DNA of 64,000 nt from Eledone cirrhosa. Its lineage: Eukaryota. The notes under the pieces were generated by a model. The model worked only from the letters and a program-made list of their open reading frames with translations. It ran no database searches and was not told the DNA's origin. Every line of letters begins with the position of its first letter. The stretch's first letter is position 1. The stretch is taken from contig OZ024763.1 in NCBI GenBank assembly GCA_964016885.1, positions 20,026,001 to 20,090,000 on the forward strand, in the 5' to 3' direction. The translations under genes were made by a program, and so were the position numbers. Positions 29,075-42,000 of this stretch are shown here, piece after piece.

Positions 29075-29420
29075 GAATGATACGCAATGGGGCTCCGCCA
29101 CAGCCCGGGCGGTCAGAATGGAGAAGGCGTTTTCCCCAGAGGACAGCAAGGGAGACACGCTGGAAAAGCTACTCCAACTCGCAGGGCTCACAGTAGTGGT
29201 GAGTAGGGAGGTAGCCCTAGGCCAAGGACACCAGAAGTCTCCACTGCCAGGGGTACAACCGCAAACCTGTCAGAGAGCGACCGGTATTTGAGGAGTTTAG
29301 CCTCCTCAGCCCGATGTGCAGCAGAACCCGGGTTAATTGCAGACTGCACCAGGTTGCGGCTGCAGCAAGTGTTGGTGCAGGTGGCATCCCAGACGATAGG
29401 TTTACCACTGCAGAACGGGA
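29075..29420 (-). mobile_element. Second, decayed copy of the CRE-like endonuclease region
   Basis: Reverse complement aligns with 20575-20940 (e.g. GAGTTGGAGT.GCTTTTCCAG.GYGTCTCCCTTGC). Confidence 0.8.
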
Positions 29421-30734
29421 TTGCGTCCTGACTGCATTGTGGAGCCAGTCAGCTGTGACAAGACGTGTATGATGGATCATGTTTAAAGTGCTGGAGTGGC
29501 CTGAAATTTCAACCTGGAAAAAAAAGATTTGGCATGTTTGTTTATTATAACGATATGAAGGGTGTATTAGTGACAGTTGCATAGGTCAATTAAAAATACC
29601 TGAAAAGAAAGTCTCAAAACTTCTTGATAGTACCTCGTATATATATTTTTGGAAGATTTTAATTTAACATTTTTGTGACCACATCTTTAACCCTTTATCA
29701 TTTACATTAATCTATAATTACTATTATATTTTCATGGTAAAGTCTTTACCTCACATAATATCGAGTCTATGAGATTTTGATATTATCTATTTTGAAAACA
29801 ATACATTAACATTAGTATGAGTGGCTAGTTACAGTCAGTTTGAACAGAAAGAGGTGAGAGAAATCTGGCTGGATATGGCCCGTTTAATGAAATACACTTT
29901 CAATTAATTAATGAAAAATTTTGAGTGATTTATTAAAATAATTTAATTACTAAGATAGTAATTTAACCCTTTAGCATTCACATTACTCTATATATACTAT
30001 TGTATTTTCATGGTAAAGGCTTTACCTCGTATAATTATCTTACATAATATTGAATCTATGAGATTTTGAAAGTATTTATTTTGAGAACAATACCTTAACA
30101 CCAGTTTGAGTGACTAGTTACAGCCAGTTTCAACAGAAAGAGGTAGAGAATTCTGGCCGGTTTTGGCTGGTTTGAACATTAAAGGGCTAACATATGGTTC
30201 ACATAAAATTGTTGGAAGATTTTAATATAAATAGGAACATTTAAAAATGGATAGTTTTGTTTCATAGAACCAGAACTGGTTCTGGCCAGATTGGTATCAA
30301 CATGATTAATGAAGAATTTTGAGGAATTTGCTGCGTGTGAGTGAATGTATGTGTGTTTGTGTAAATATGTGTGTTTGTATGAATGTATGTGTGTGATTGT
30401 GTGTGTTTATTTGTGTGAATGTATGTGCGTGTATTTGTGCGAATGTATGTGTGTGTATTTGTGCGAATGTATGCCTATGAGTGTGTATTTTTGTGTGTCT
30501 GTGTTTGCGCGTTTATATTTATATACTTATACATATAAAAGTATGTATATGCACACACAAATACGCAGACACATACTCATACATGTCAGCATGTTGAAAA
30601 AAATTGTAGTTTATAAATTTTATGGCATAACTATCACATTTGAATATTGCCCGAGAATACTTCATCAGATATTTGTAAATAAAATGGGTGGTTTTGTTTC
30701 ATAGAGTGAGAACTGGTTTTATAATGATAATGAA

Positions 30735-31320
30735 ATTATTGTGTATAGTGCGCAGGTGCACTACAGCTCATCAAAGGTACATGTTTAATACATAGAATAA
30801 TGTACAAATGTCAGCAAAGTGAACAGTGTATGAGTCATGATATACATGTGTGCATATGTATGGAGGGGGGATATCATGTGTAGTGTTGGCGAATTTCAGG
30901 AAGCATGGAGGTTTTAAAGGATGCAGTGTCTTGACAGCTAACAACTGATGCAGGTAGTTTGTTCCATGCTTCAGCAACTCTAAGCATGAAAAAATATTTC
31001 CGAAAGTCATGGGAGCTGTGCTGTTCTCTGACTTTGTAGGCATGCCCACGTGTGTTAGACACATGTAAATCAAAAAGGTGTTCATGGTTGTTGTTGGCAA
31101 GATGGTTAATACTTTTGTGGGTGTTTACCAAGTCATTTGCCAGACGTCAGAGCTTCAATGTATCCATGCCCAGGGAAGCAAGGCGTTCAGAGTATTTGCT
31201 TGGCTGCACGTCCCTGCACAGTTTGCAGGGGGTCAATGTTCTGAGCAAGATAGGGGTTCCAGACTGGTGATGCAAATTCTAAGTGTGGCCACACCATAGC
31301 TATATACAGCTTTTGGCCTG
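30735..31320 (-). mobile_element. CR1-clade LINE 3' fragment
   Basis: TRGHAYKV...RKYFF..RV...WNKLPASVV motif; second copy at 53985-54462. Confidence 0.85.
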
Positions 31321-31859
31321 GTTAATATCAAAAACTGTTTATATGTCCAGGAAAATGAACAGATATATAAAAATAACCGAAGAATTATATTTAGAATTTT
31401 TTTTATATTTTATTAAACAAAAACAACAAAAAAAAAACAAATAACAATCCTACAGCATTATGGCTGTGAGGTTAAAGGCTTGCATCAAGGACCAGAAAAG
31501 TTTAGGTTCAAATCATCGATACAGCAGCTAACTGGACTATGTCCACATCAGTACAGCAAGAAGGATTTCTAATTTAGCCACAAGGCCAGGCCAGTCCACC
31601 ACTGTCCAGTAAAGCAACTAATAGTATGGAAGTTATCAAATTGTATAAAGAAATTTTTTTTTTCAGTTATGTAAAGTATAAATATATTTTTTAAAATTGA
31701 TCCTTTCATTGAAAATGAACAAAGTGTGTGTTTATGTGACTGTGTGGGTGTGTAAATATGCATTTTAAGTAAGCTGTGACTATCTCTGTAAGGGCTAAAT
31801 AATGTGAATATATATACATATATATATATACATATATATATATACATATATATATATAC

Positions 31860-31890
<31 letters not shown>

Positions 31891-32101
31891 CATATACATA
31901 CCATATATATATGAATAGAAGCCGACCCCTCCTATTTTGTCTGTGAAATGGGCAAAAATCCAACCCCCTCCTTTTAAGCCGAGCCAGCTAATCAACACAT
32001 TGTTTAGATGATATATATAAGCTGCTCCTTACACCCTGTCCCACATTTTACCATCAGTTTTTGTGTCACATTCTTCAGCTTATATCACAATACATATGGT
32101 A

Positions 32102-32134
<33 letters not shown>

Positions 32135-32399
32135 ATGTATATATATATATTGTAAATATACACACTGTAAAGATGAGTTTAATAGTCTGTAAGTTTATTT
32201 TTAGTGACAGACACTTCTGAGTTTTAATTATCCATTGTTAAAAATATCAGAGTTGATTCAGTTGAATATGGGCCCCTAAACCTGCATAAATATTCTATAT
32301 TTCTGTGTTGCTTAGCCACAAGTCAACCATAATCAGGGGCCTTTCTTGTCCTGACCATACATACATTTTTTTTTAAGGGGTTGTAGTAAGCGCGGTCAA

Positions 32400-33464
32400 T
32401 GGGGAAGGTCGACTTTGGATTTTCACCGGCCGAAGTACTGTACGGTGCCCCTCTGACGTTACCCGGGCAAATGCTTGCCCCTATCGATCTTGATGCCCAA
32501 GATCACGCTTCCTATGTGTCCCGTTTGTGCTCCTATTTCCAGGATTTGCCGCCAATGGACAATAGGAAACTGTCAAGACTGCTGTCCCGAGGGATGTTGC
32601 CTCGTGGACGCATGTCTTTGTAAGGAAAGATTCTGTGAAGCCCCCGCTCACACAGCCTTACACTGGACCTTACCGTGTCTTAGCGCGCTCGGCTAAGCAT
32701 TTCACTCTAGATAATAAAGGGTCCAGGGAGACAGTTACAATAGACAGGCTTAAGCAGGCGCACCTTGACACGGACGCTGTGGTTCCTTATCCACGAACCC
32801 CTTCGTATTTGCCTATTGAGCGAACGTCTGTTCCTGAACCACCAGCATCGCCTGTCCCTACACCACCACCATCGCCACGTTACAAGACCACGACCCGTTC
32901 AAGTCGTAGGGTCTACTGGCCCAAACAAATTTGCAGCACCGTCTATATTTAGACTGTGCTAGCTGCACCTTTTTTTTTTGCTTCTGTGTTTCTGCTTTTT
33001 TTTTTTTTTGCCTTTTTTTTTATGCATGCATGTTTTTTAACATTTTTCAAATCCTTATTCTGGATTTAACGATTGGTAGAGGCTCCCCCTTGTTGCATTG
33101 TTCGCCATCTTACTCCACGTGTGAGTAATAACATCGATTTTCGATGATTTGAAAATCTGGCAGGGGATACGGTAGTAAGACGCCTTACGCCCCCCTGTCG
33201 GATAATGGACCAGGCCTAGTTGTCTCCCCCTGGTTGAGAACACTATTTAAGTAAGCAGCAGTATTACTTTCTGAGACAAGCCACGGAGACAGCAAACAGC
33301 AGACAGCCTTTGGACCACGATATCACACAGATGTCAATACACTGAACTCCTATGCCGAAGCCACAAGGATAGAGTTGGCTGAGCACTGGCTCATAACTGA
33401 TTTCACTTTACTGGTCCCGTCACTTTGGTGACTCAAACGTGGGCGTTACATTGGTGCCCCACAA
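32400..33464 (+). mobile_element. Gypsy LTR retrotransposon remnant: integrase C-terminus plus probable 3' LTR (33091-33464)
   Basis: FSPAEVLYGAPLTLPG and PPLTQPYTGPYRVL...VTIDRLKQAHL (GPY/F module); candidate LTR bounded by TGTTG...CAACA. Confidence 0.8.
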
Positions 33465-34191
33465 CAATTGTAATACGTTGCCTTCATTTCAATTGATCAC
33501 GTCTATATTGGTATGTTGTTTCATTTGTAATATAACAAACACATAATAGACAAAATAAACATCATCCTTATTTACATTGTTGAATAGAACTCTCGTTGTG
33601 GTTATTATCTTGTCTACACACACACACACACACTCACTTGTTATAATTCTATGGAGTACCTATCCTCTCACTTACGAAAATGGTAAATAGACGAGGGACT
33701 TTCCCTCACGTCTATATTGATAAACTATCCAACAAGGATTCTTCATTACCACAGGGTGTTGGTGGTGGACTCTGAGGCTGTGTTATCTAATACAACCAGT
33801 TCTTGATTTAGGACATATGAGAACCAGTGCTAATTAAGTTATGAGGCCCTTACTTATAAAAAATTCATCACAAACAATTTTTTTGGCAGGAAGAAAGGCC
33901 TCTTCCTGGCCAACTGAGCCCTGTGCTTAAGCACACCTAAGCTCATTGGTAAATCTGGTAATGAATACAACCCTTTCTTAATTCAAGACATCATGGTGTA
34001 GATTGAGGGAGATTTAGCTACCAGAGGCAGGCTTTCTCATTGGTCAGCCAGCCTCTTTCTGGTAAATTAAGTGGGTTTGTTGGATGTACAAACAGCATGC
34101 AGGTTGCTTAGTACTGTTGGTACACTAAAAACACAAGTACTACCAGTAAATTACCCATACAGCTTTGTCCAGACAGTGTACTGGATCAACA

Positions 34192-34232
<41 letters not shown>

Positions 34233-34499
34233 AAATAATACAAGGACGATTTGTTATGCTCTCATTAAATGGAATGAAGGCATAACAAATGGTCCTTGTA
34301 TTATCATATTTACACTCTGTTTAGCTCTACACCTCACTACAGACGTGAATTTAAACATTTAGTGCTCACCTGGATGAACCTACAGTAACTTCATGTTACA
34401 CTTCCTGGATATATATATATATATATATATATATCATCATCACCGTTTTACGTCCGTTCTTCCACGCTAGCACAAGTTAGACGGTTATATATATATATA

Positions 34500-34547
<48 letters not shown>

Positions 34548-34975
34548 CAATATCGGAGAAAGCTTTTTAGCGATACTCCGGCCAAATTCCAACTCACTCA
34601 ACAAACATTCGGAAATAAGTGATTATATTCCTAATTATGCGTTCGGGGTGCTAACTAAAAGTATTGCGTGGAAAATTGGCTGTATTATTTCATATGAGAC
34701 ATATCTAATATATCTCTTCCCAGACGGACGTCTCGTTTCATTATATGATTCCTACAATTTGGGTGAAATTATACCAATTTATGTAGGAGCTTGTATACCA
34801 TCAATAGATATATATTCAAGTGGGCTCCTATAATTCATCAGTGGGTGCTCCAATATATATATATATATAGCGAAGGAAGTGTGATAAGTAATCAGGTGGA
34901 CCGTAACGCACCAAAGTACTCGATACTGGGTTGTAGAGTGGGTAATAGCTCAGCCGTCGGGGTCCTGACTCTTTT

Positions 34976-35012
<37 letters not shown>

Positions 35013-35109
35013 GGTGGTTCAGTAGATTTGTGGTTTACTGAGGTGGGTGCCAAAGTCAATACTATGCTAAGGTGGTGTTTTCAATATATATATATATATA
35101 TATATATAT

Positions 35110-35258
35110 AATTGTTTCTACTTTAGGCACAAGGCCAGCAATTACCCAGTGCATTACTGGTACTTTATTTTATCGACCCCGTAAGGATGAAAGGCAAAGT
35201 CAACCTCGGCGGGATTTGAAATCAGATCGTAAAGGGACGTAACTATGCTGGAAAGCAT
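35110..35258 (-). mobile_element. Family A SINE, 5'-truncated
   Basis: Near identical to 62070-62220. Confidence 0.85.
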
Positions 35259-35287
35259 ATATATATATAATAATATATAATAATATA

Positions 35288-35318
<31 letters not shown>

Positions 35319-35577
35319 ATTTGAAGACTTTAATCTGTTATTTTAATATATATATATGTATGTATATATACAAGTGGAATCTTAGTAAAATAGAAGCTTT
35401 GGCTGTGGCCAAGCAAAGTCGACCTACAATAAGGAATGAGTAGCAAAGCACTCAATAAGGGTAGGTAGGTCCTTAGAGTAATAACATTGTTTAAATAGCT
35501 TGACAAATTGAAAATTGTGGTAGGCAAAACCCAACCATACAATACCAAAACAACGAAAGAACTAATCTGGTTAAAAC

Positions 35578-35609
<32 letters not shown>

Positions 35610-36014
35610 TATATATATATAAAGGCCTGTCCCTCCTCATGACGGAGCCATCCAGCCCCACACTGTAAATGTCATTGGTGTTAGGAAGGGCATCCATCTG
35701 TAAAATACCTAGCCAAATTTATAGTCCTCGCCGGATCAAGGTGCGACATGGCCAACCATGGCCAGATTTGCCCCCCCCCCCCCTCTAACCCCTGTAAGCA
35801 TAGAAAAATTGATGCTAAACAGAAATGATGAAAGGAGCCGAGAGGTAAAATATAAAATATGAATATCGCAAAGCTTTCTCCTCACCAAGTGAGTTGCAAG
35901 GGGAGTTATATAGACATAGAGTGTGTCTATCCCGGTGAAGTTAATTTCTTCTCCAAGTCTAGAGAAGGAACAACGGTGATCGAGAGGAAGTGAGAAAGAG
36001 ATATAGATGAAGAA

Positions 36015-36356
36015 TGGAGGCACATGGCTTAGTGGTTAGAGCATTGGCCTTGCAATCGAAAGTTTGTGAGTTCAATTCTCAGACCGGGTGATGTGTTGTT
36101 TCCTTGAGCAAGTCACTTTATTTCACATTGCTCCAGTTTACTCAGCTGTAGAAATGAGATGGGACTGGGGTCTGGGGTCCCTATCATTCCACTACAAAGT
36201 GGTCGTGGAGGTGCCACGGCAAAAAAGCACCCAGCACTCACTGTAAATGAGGTTGGTGTTAGGAAGGGCATCCAGCTGTAGAAATCAAGCCAAAATCAGT
36301 TCCTGTCCCACCCTTGCAAGCAGGGAAAAAGCGGACGTAAAATGAAATGAAATGAA
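36015..36356 (+). mobile_element. Family B tRNA-derived SINE, full length
   Basis: TGGCTTAGTGG A box, GAGTTCAATTC B box, (TGAAA)n tail; inverse copy at 55470-55798. Confidence 0.8.
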
Positions 36357-37089
36357 ATTGACATCAGTATTTAACTGGTACTTTTTTTTTTATCAATAGA
36401 AAATAAATTGTATGAGAGAGAACATTTAGATAATTTCTTAAAGTTGAAGGTGGCAATGTGGCTTAAAACATGTAGAAAGGCATAATTTTTTTTTTGTCAT
36501 CTAGTTATGTATAATAATTGTTTCTACTTTAGGCACAAGGCCAGCAATTACTCAGTGCATTACTGGTACGTTATGTATAATAATGTACATGTTTATATAC
36601 ATACCTTCATGCATATATATATAGACATACATTTAAATATTTAAATAAACAGTCACATATATATGATTCATACATACATGTATGTGTGTGTGGATATATA
36701 TATATCTACTAAACACTGTCCAATGGCAAGATGTTTCAAATGCATAAAAGAAAGGTAAGAATTTTCATCATTAGTATAATATATATATATATATATACCT
36801 ATGTATATATATATACAATTTTTATAGGTGGGCTCCCTGTGCATATCGGGAGGTAACCACAGTTAAAAGAAAGGTTCTCAATACATTAGAAGAGTATAGG
36901 CATCTTTGTTTTATTATAGAAATGACTTCTACAGGACTAAAACTGTTTATACGATTTCTTACGACTGAAACAGTTCTAGTCCTGTAGAAGTAATTTCTAT
37001 AATAAAATAAAGATACATATGTAGCTGTCTTTATCTATGATTGTGGAACATTGTGTGTGTGTTTGTGTATATATATATATAATAAGGAT

Positions 37090-37123
<34 letters not shown>

Positions 37124-37364
37124 ATATATACATACACACACACACAATCGTGTACATGGTATAAACATTGTGCGTGTGTAAGTATATATATATGTGTGTA
37201 TATATATACATATATATAAATAACTATATATATATATATATACACATATTCACACACATATACATGGTATAAATGGTTAATTTGTTAGTATTTATAGCCA
37301 TAAATATTTAAGCCTTGTAAAATGGCAGTAGTTTCAATTAGTTACTAAAGAAAAATACAAAATA

Positions 37365-38010
37365 CAATACTATATATAAAAATATATATAGTACTGCAAT
37401 ACTATATATATATATAAATATATATAGTACTGCAATACTATATACATAAATATATATAGAATTGCAGTACTATATATATAAATACATATAATATTGCAGT
37501 ACTATATATATATATAAATATATATAGTATTGCTGTACTATATATATAAATATATATAGTATTGCAATACTATATACATAAATATATATAGAATTGCAAT
37601 ACTATATATATAAATACATATAATATTGCAGTACTATATATATATATATAAATATATATAGTATTGCTGTACTATATATATAAATATATATAGTATTGCT
37701 GTACTATATATATAAATATATATAGTATTGCAATACTATATACATAAATATATATAGAATTGCAATACTATATATATAAATACATATAATATTGCAGTAC
37801 TATATATATATATAAATATATATAGTATTGCTGTACTATATATATAAATATATATAGTATTGCAATACTATATACATAAATATATATAGAATTGCAATAC
37901 TATATATATAAATACATATAATATTGCAGTACTATATATATATATAAATATATATAGTATTGCAGTACTATATATATATAAATATATATAGTATTGCAGT
38001 ACTATATATA
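37365..38010. repeat. AT-rich palindromic minisatellite (~30-bp unit TATAGTATTGCAATACTATA...)
   Basis: Each unit is self-complementary; variants recur in higher-order blocks. Confidence 0.9.
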
Positions 38011-38909
38011 AAAAATGCATTAGTTGGTACAAAAATCACAAATAATTAACATTTGAAACTCTAGCAGGTTCATTAAAAAAACTCTTGTTAATTACTAAAA
38101 TATAAAATGTTCATTAATTTGTGAAACAATAAGATAAAAATAAAAATAAAAAAATGTTTTGAATGTTTTGAATGTTTCAAGGAAAGGTATGGAGTCCATC
38201 GCAGATCAGAGTAAACATATATTCCTTTTTATTTTTAATCTGTAACTCCTGAGGGAGTCATAGGGGTGCTATAGTGACATATTGTGTTTCTAGGGTTCTT
38301 TTACATCTGCCAGAGCCCATTTCCTCTCCAGGTCTGAACACGGCAGATTTCTTCCAGAGCAGAATAAAGAGGATGGAAGTGAGAAAGAGATATAGAGGAA
38401 GAATCAACCCCAGTACTTGACTGGTATTATATTTATAGGTATGCATGGTCATCCGTATTAGCATAAGGCTTTCTAGGGCATTTTTAAAACCTAGCATAGA
38501 GCCCATATCGTCTCCAGTTCTGAATACAATGGATTTTGACCAGAGAAGGACAGAGAGTGTGTGAGAATAGAAGTAAGAAAGAGATATAGAGGAAGAATCG
38601 ACCCTAGTATTAGACTGGTACTTTATTTTTTTTATAGACCTTGAAAGTATGAAAGGCAAAGTTTACTTTGGCAGGATTTGAACTGAGAGTGCAGAGAGCC
38701 GAAATAAATACTGCAAAGCATTCTATTTGACATCCCTAACAACTCAATTCACTGCCTTATACATCAATCAATCAATCAATATTGATTATGTCAAATGAAA
38801 TAATAAAACACAGAGAAATATGTACACATACATTCAAGGGCAGTGCCCCAGCATCGCCTCAGCCGGATGGCTGGAACAGGTAAAAGAGTATACATAAACC
38901 ATATTAAAA

Positions 38910-39090
38910 TAATTGTTTCTACTTTTGGCACAAGGCCAGCAATTATCCCAGTGTATTACTGGTACTTTATTTTATCGACCACGTAAGGATGAAAGGCAAA
39001 GTTAACCTCGGCGGGATTTGGACTCTGATCACAAAGGGCCATAACTCTATGTTGCGAAGCATGGCGTCCAACCCTCTACCAATACTGCCA
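38910..39090 (-). mobile_element. Family A SINE
   Basis: Matches the other family A copies. Confidence 0.85.
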
Positions 39091-39099
39091 AGAGGGAAA

Positions 39100-42000
39100 T
39101 AAAATAAAAGCTGCCCAAGTGTTTCTATCATTGGATTTTTGCTGAATTGCGGTGACTTTTGCATTCAGTTCTTTTGTGACCATTCTTTGGAATGTGGTCT
39201 TCGGTCTTTGTCTGTTGATGTAGCAGAAGACACTCATGTCTCTTGTGGTGACCTCCTGGCAGTTGATGTAACAGAAGACACTCATGTCTCTTGTGGTGAC
39301 CTCCTGGCAGTTGATGTAGCAGAAGACACCCCTGTCTCTTGTGGTGATCTCCTGGCAGTTGATGTAGCAGAAGACACTCATGTCTCTTGTGGTGACCTCC
39401 TGGTAGTTGATGTAGCAGAAGACACTCATGTCTCTTGTGGTGACCTCCTGGCAGTTGATGTAGCAGAAGACACTCATGTCTCTTGTGGTGACCTCCTGGT
39501 AGTTGATGTAGCAGAAGACACTCATGTCTCTTGTGGTGACCTCCTGGCAGTTGATGTAGCAGAAGACACTCATGTCTCTTGTGGTGACCTCCTGGCAGTT
39601 GATGTAGCAGAAGACACTCATGTCTCTTGTGGTGACCTCCTGGTAGTTGATGTAGCAGAAGACACTCATGTCTCTTGTGGTGACCTCCTGGTAGTTGATG
39701 TAGCAGAAGACACTCATGTCTCTTGTGGTGATCTCCTGGTAGTTGATGTAGCAGAAGACACTCATGTCTCTTGTGGTGACCTCCTGGTAGTTGATGTAGC
39801 AGAAGACACTCATGTCTCTTGTGGTGACCTCCTGGCAGTTGATGTAGCAGAAGACACTCATGTCTCTTGTGGTGACCTCCTGGCAGTTGATGTAACAGAA
39901 GACACTCATGTCTCTTGTGGTGATCTCCTGGCAGTTGATGTAGCAGAAGACACTCATGTCTCTTGTGGTGACCTCCTGGCAGTTGATGTAGCAGAAGACA
40001 CTCATGTCTCTTGCGGCAGACTCCTGGCAGTTGATGTAACAGAAGACACTCATGTCTCTTGTGGTGACCTCCTGGCAGTTGATGTAGCAGAAGACACTCA
40101 TGTCTCTTGTGGTGACCTCCTGGTAGTTGATGTAGCAGAAGACACTCATGTCTCTTGTGGTGACCTCCTGGTAGTTGATGTAGCAGAAGACACTCATGTC
40201 TCTTGTGGTGATCTCCTGGTAGTTGATGTAGCAGAAGACACTCATGTCTCTTGTGGTGACCTCCTGGTAGTTGATGTAGCAGAAGACACTCATGTCTCTT
40301 GTGGTGACCTCCTGGCAGTTGATGTAGCAGAAGACACTCGTGTCTCTTGTGGTGACCTCCTGGCAGTTGATGTAACAGAAGACACTCATGTCTCTTGTGG
40401 TGATCTCCTGGCAGTTGATGTAGCAGAAGACACTCATGTCTCTTGTGGTGACCTCCTGGCAGTTGATGTAACAGAAGACACTCATGTCTCTTGTGGTGAC
40501 CTCCTGGCAGTTGATGTAGCAGAAGACACTCATGTCTCTTGCGGCAGACTCCTGGCAGTTGATGTAACAGAAGACACTCATGTCTCTTGTGGTGACCTCC
40601 TGGCAGTTGATGTAACAGAAGACACTCATGTCTCTTGTGGTGACCTCCTGGCAGTTGATGTAACAGAAGACACTCATGTCTCTTGTGGTGATCTCCTGGC
40701 AGTTGATGTAGCAGAAGACACTCATGTCTCTTGTGGTGACCTCCTGGTAGTTGATGTAGCAGAAGACACTCATGTCTCTTGTGGTGATCTCCTGGCAGTT
40801 GATGTAGCAGAAGACACTCATGTCTCTTGTGGTGACCTCCTGGCAGTTGATGTAACAGAAGACACTCATGTCTCTTGTGGTGACCTCCTGGCAGTTGATG
40901 TAGCAGAAGACACTCATGTCTCTTGTGGTGACCTCCTGGTAGTTGATGTAGCAGAAGACACTCATGTCTCTTGTGGTGACCTCCTGGTAGTTGATGTAGC
41001 AGAAGACACTCATGTCTCTTGTGGTGACCTCCTGGCAGTTGATGTAACAGAAGACACTCATGTCTCTTGTGGTGACCTCCTGGTAGTTGATGTAGCAGAA
41101 GACACTCATGTCTCTTGTGGTGACCTCCTGGTAGTTGATGTAGCAGAAGACACTCATGTCTCTTGTGGTGATCTCCTGGCAGTTGATGTAACAGAAGACA
41201 CTCATGTCTCTTGTGGTGACCTCCTGGTAGTTGATGTAGCAGAAGACACTCATGTCTCTTGTGGTGACCTCCTGGCAGTTGATGTAGCAGAAGACACTCA
41301 TGTCTCTTGTGGTGACCTCCTGGTAGTTGATGTAGCAGAAGACACTCATGTCTCTTGTGGTGACCTCCTGGTAGTTGATGTAGCAGAAGACACTCGTGTC
41401 TCTTGTGGTGATCTCCTGGCAGTTGATGTAGCAGAAGACGCTCATGTCTCTTGTGGTGATCTCCTGGCAGTTGATGTAACAGAAGACACTCGTGTCTCTT
41501 GTGGTGATCTCCTGGTAGTTGATGTAGCAGAAGACGCTCATGTCTCTTGTGGTGACCTCCTGGCAGTTGATGTAGCAGAAGACGCTCATGTCTCTTGTGG
41601 TGACCTCCTGGTAGTTGATGTAGCAGAAGACACTCATGTCTCTTGTGGTGACCTCCTGGCAGTTGATGTAGCAGAAGACGCTCATGTCTCTTGTGGTGAC
41701 CTCCTGGCAGTTGATGTAGCAGAAGACGCTCATGTCTCTTGTGGTGACCTCCTGGCAGTTGATGTAGCAGAAGACGCTCATGTCTCTTGTGGTGACCTCC
41801 TGGCAGTTGATGTAGCAGAAGACACTCATGTCTCTTGTGGTGACCTCCTGGCAGTTGATGTAGCAGAAGACACTCCTGTCTCTTGTGGTGACCTCCTGGT
41901 AGTTGATGTAGCAGAAGACACTCATGTCTCTTGTGGTGACCTCCTGGTAGTTGATGTAGCAGAAGACACTCATGTCTCTTGTGGTGATCTCCTGGCAGTT

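Noticed and set aside
36015-36090. tRNA gene
   Set aside because: The tRNA-like head continues into a dispersed SINE body; no convincing cloverleaf.
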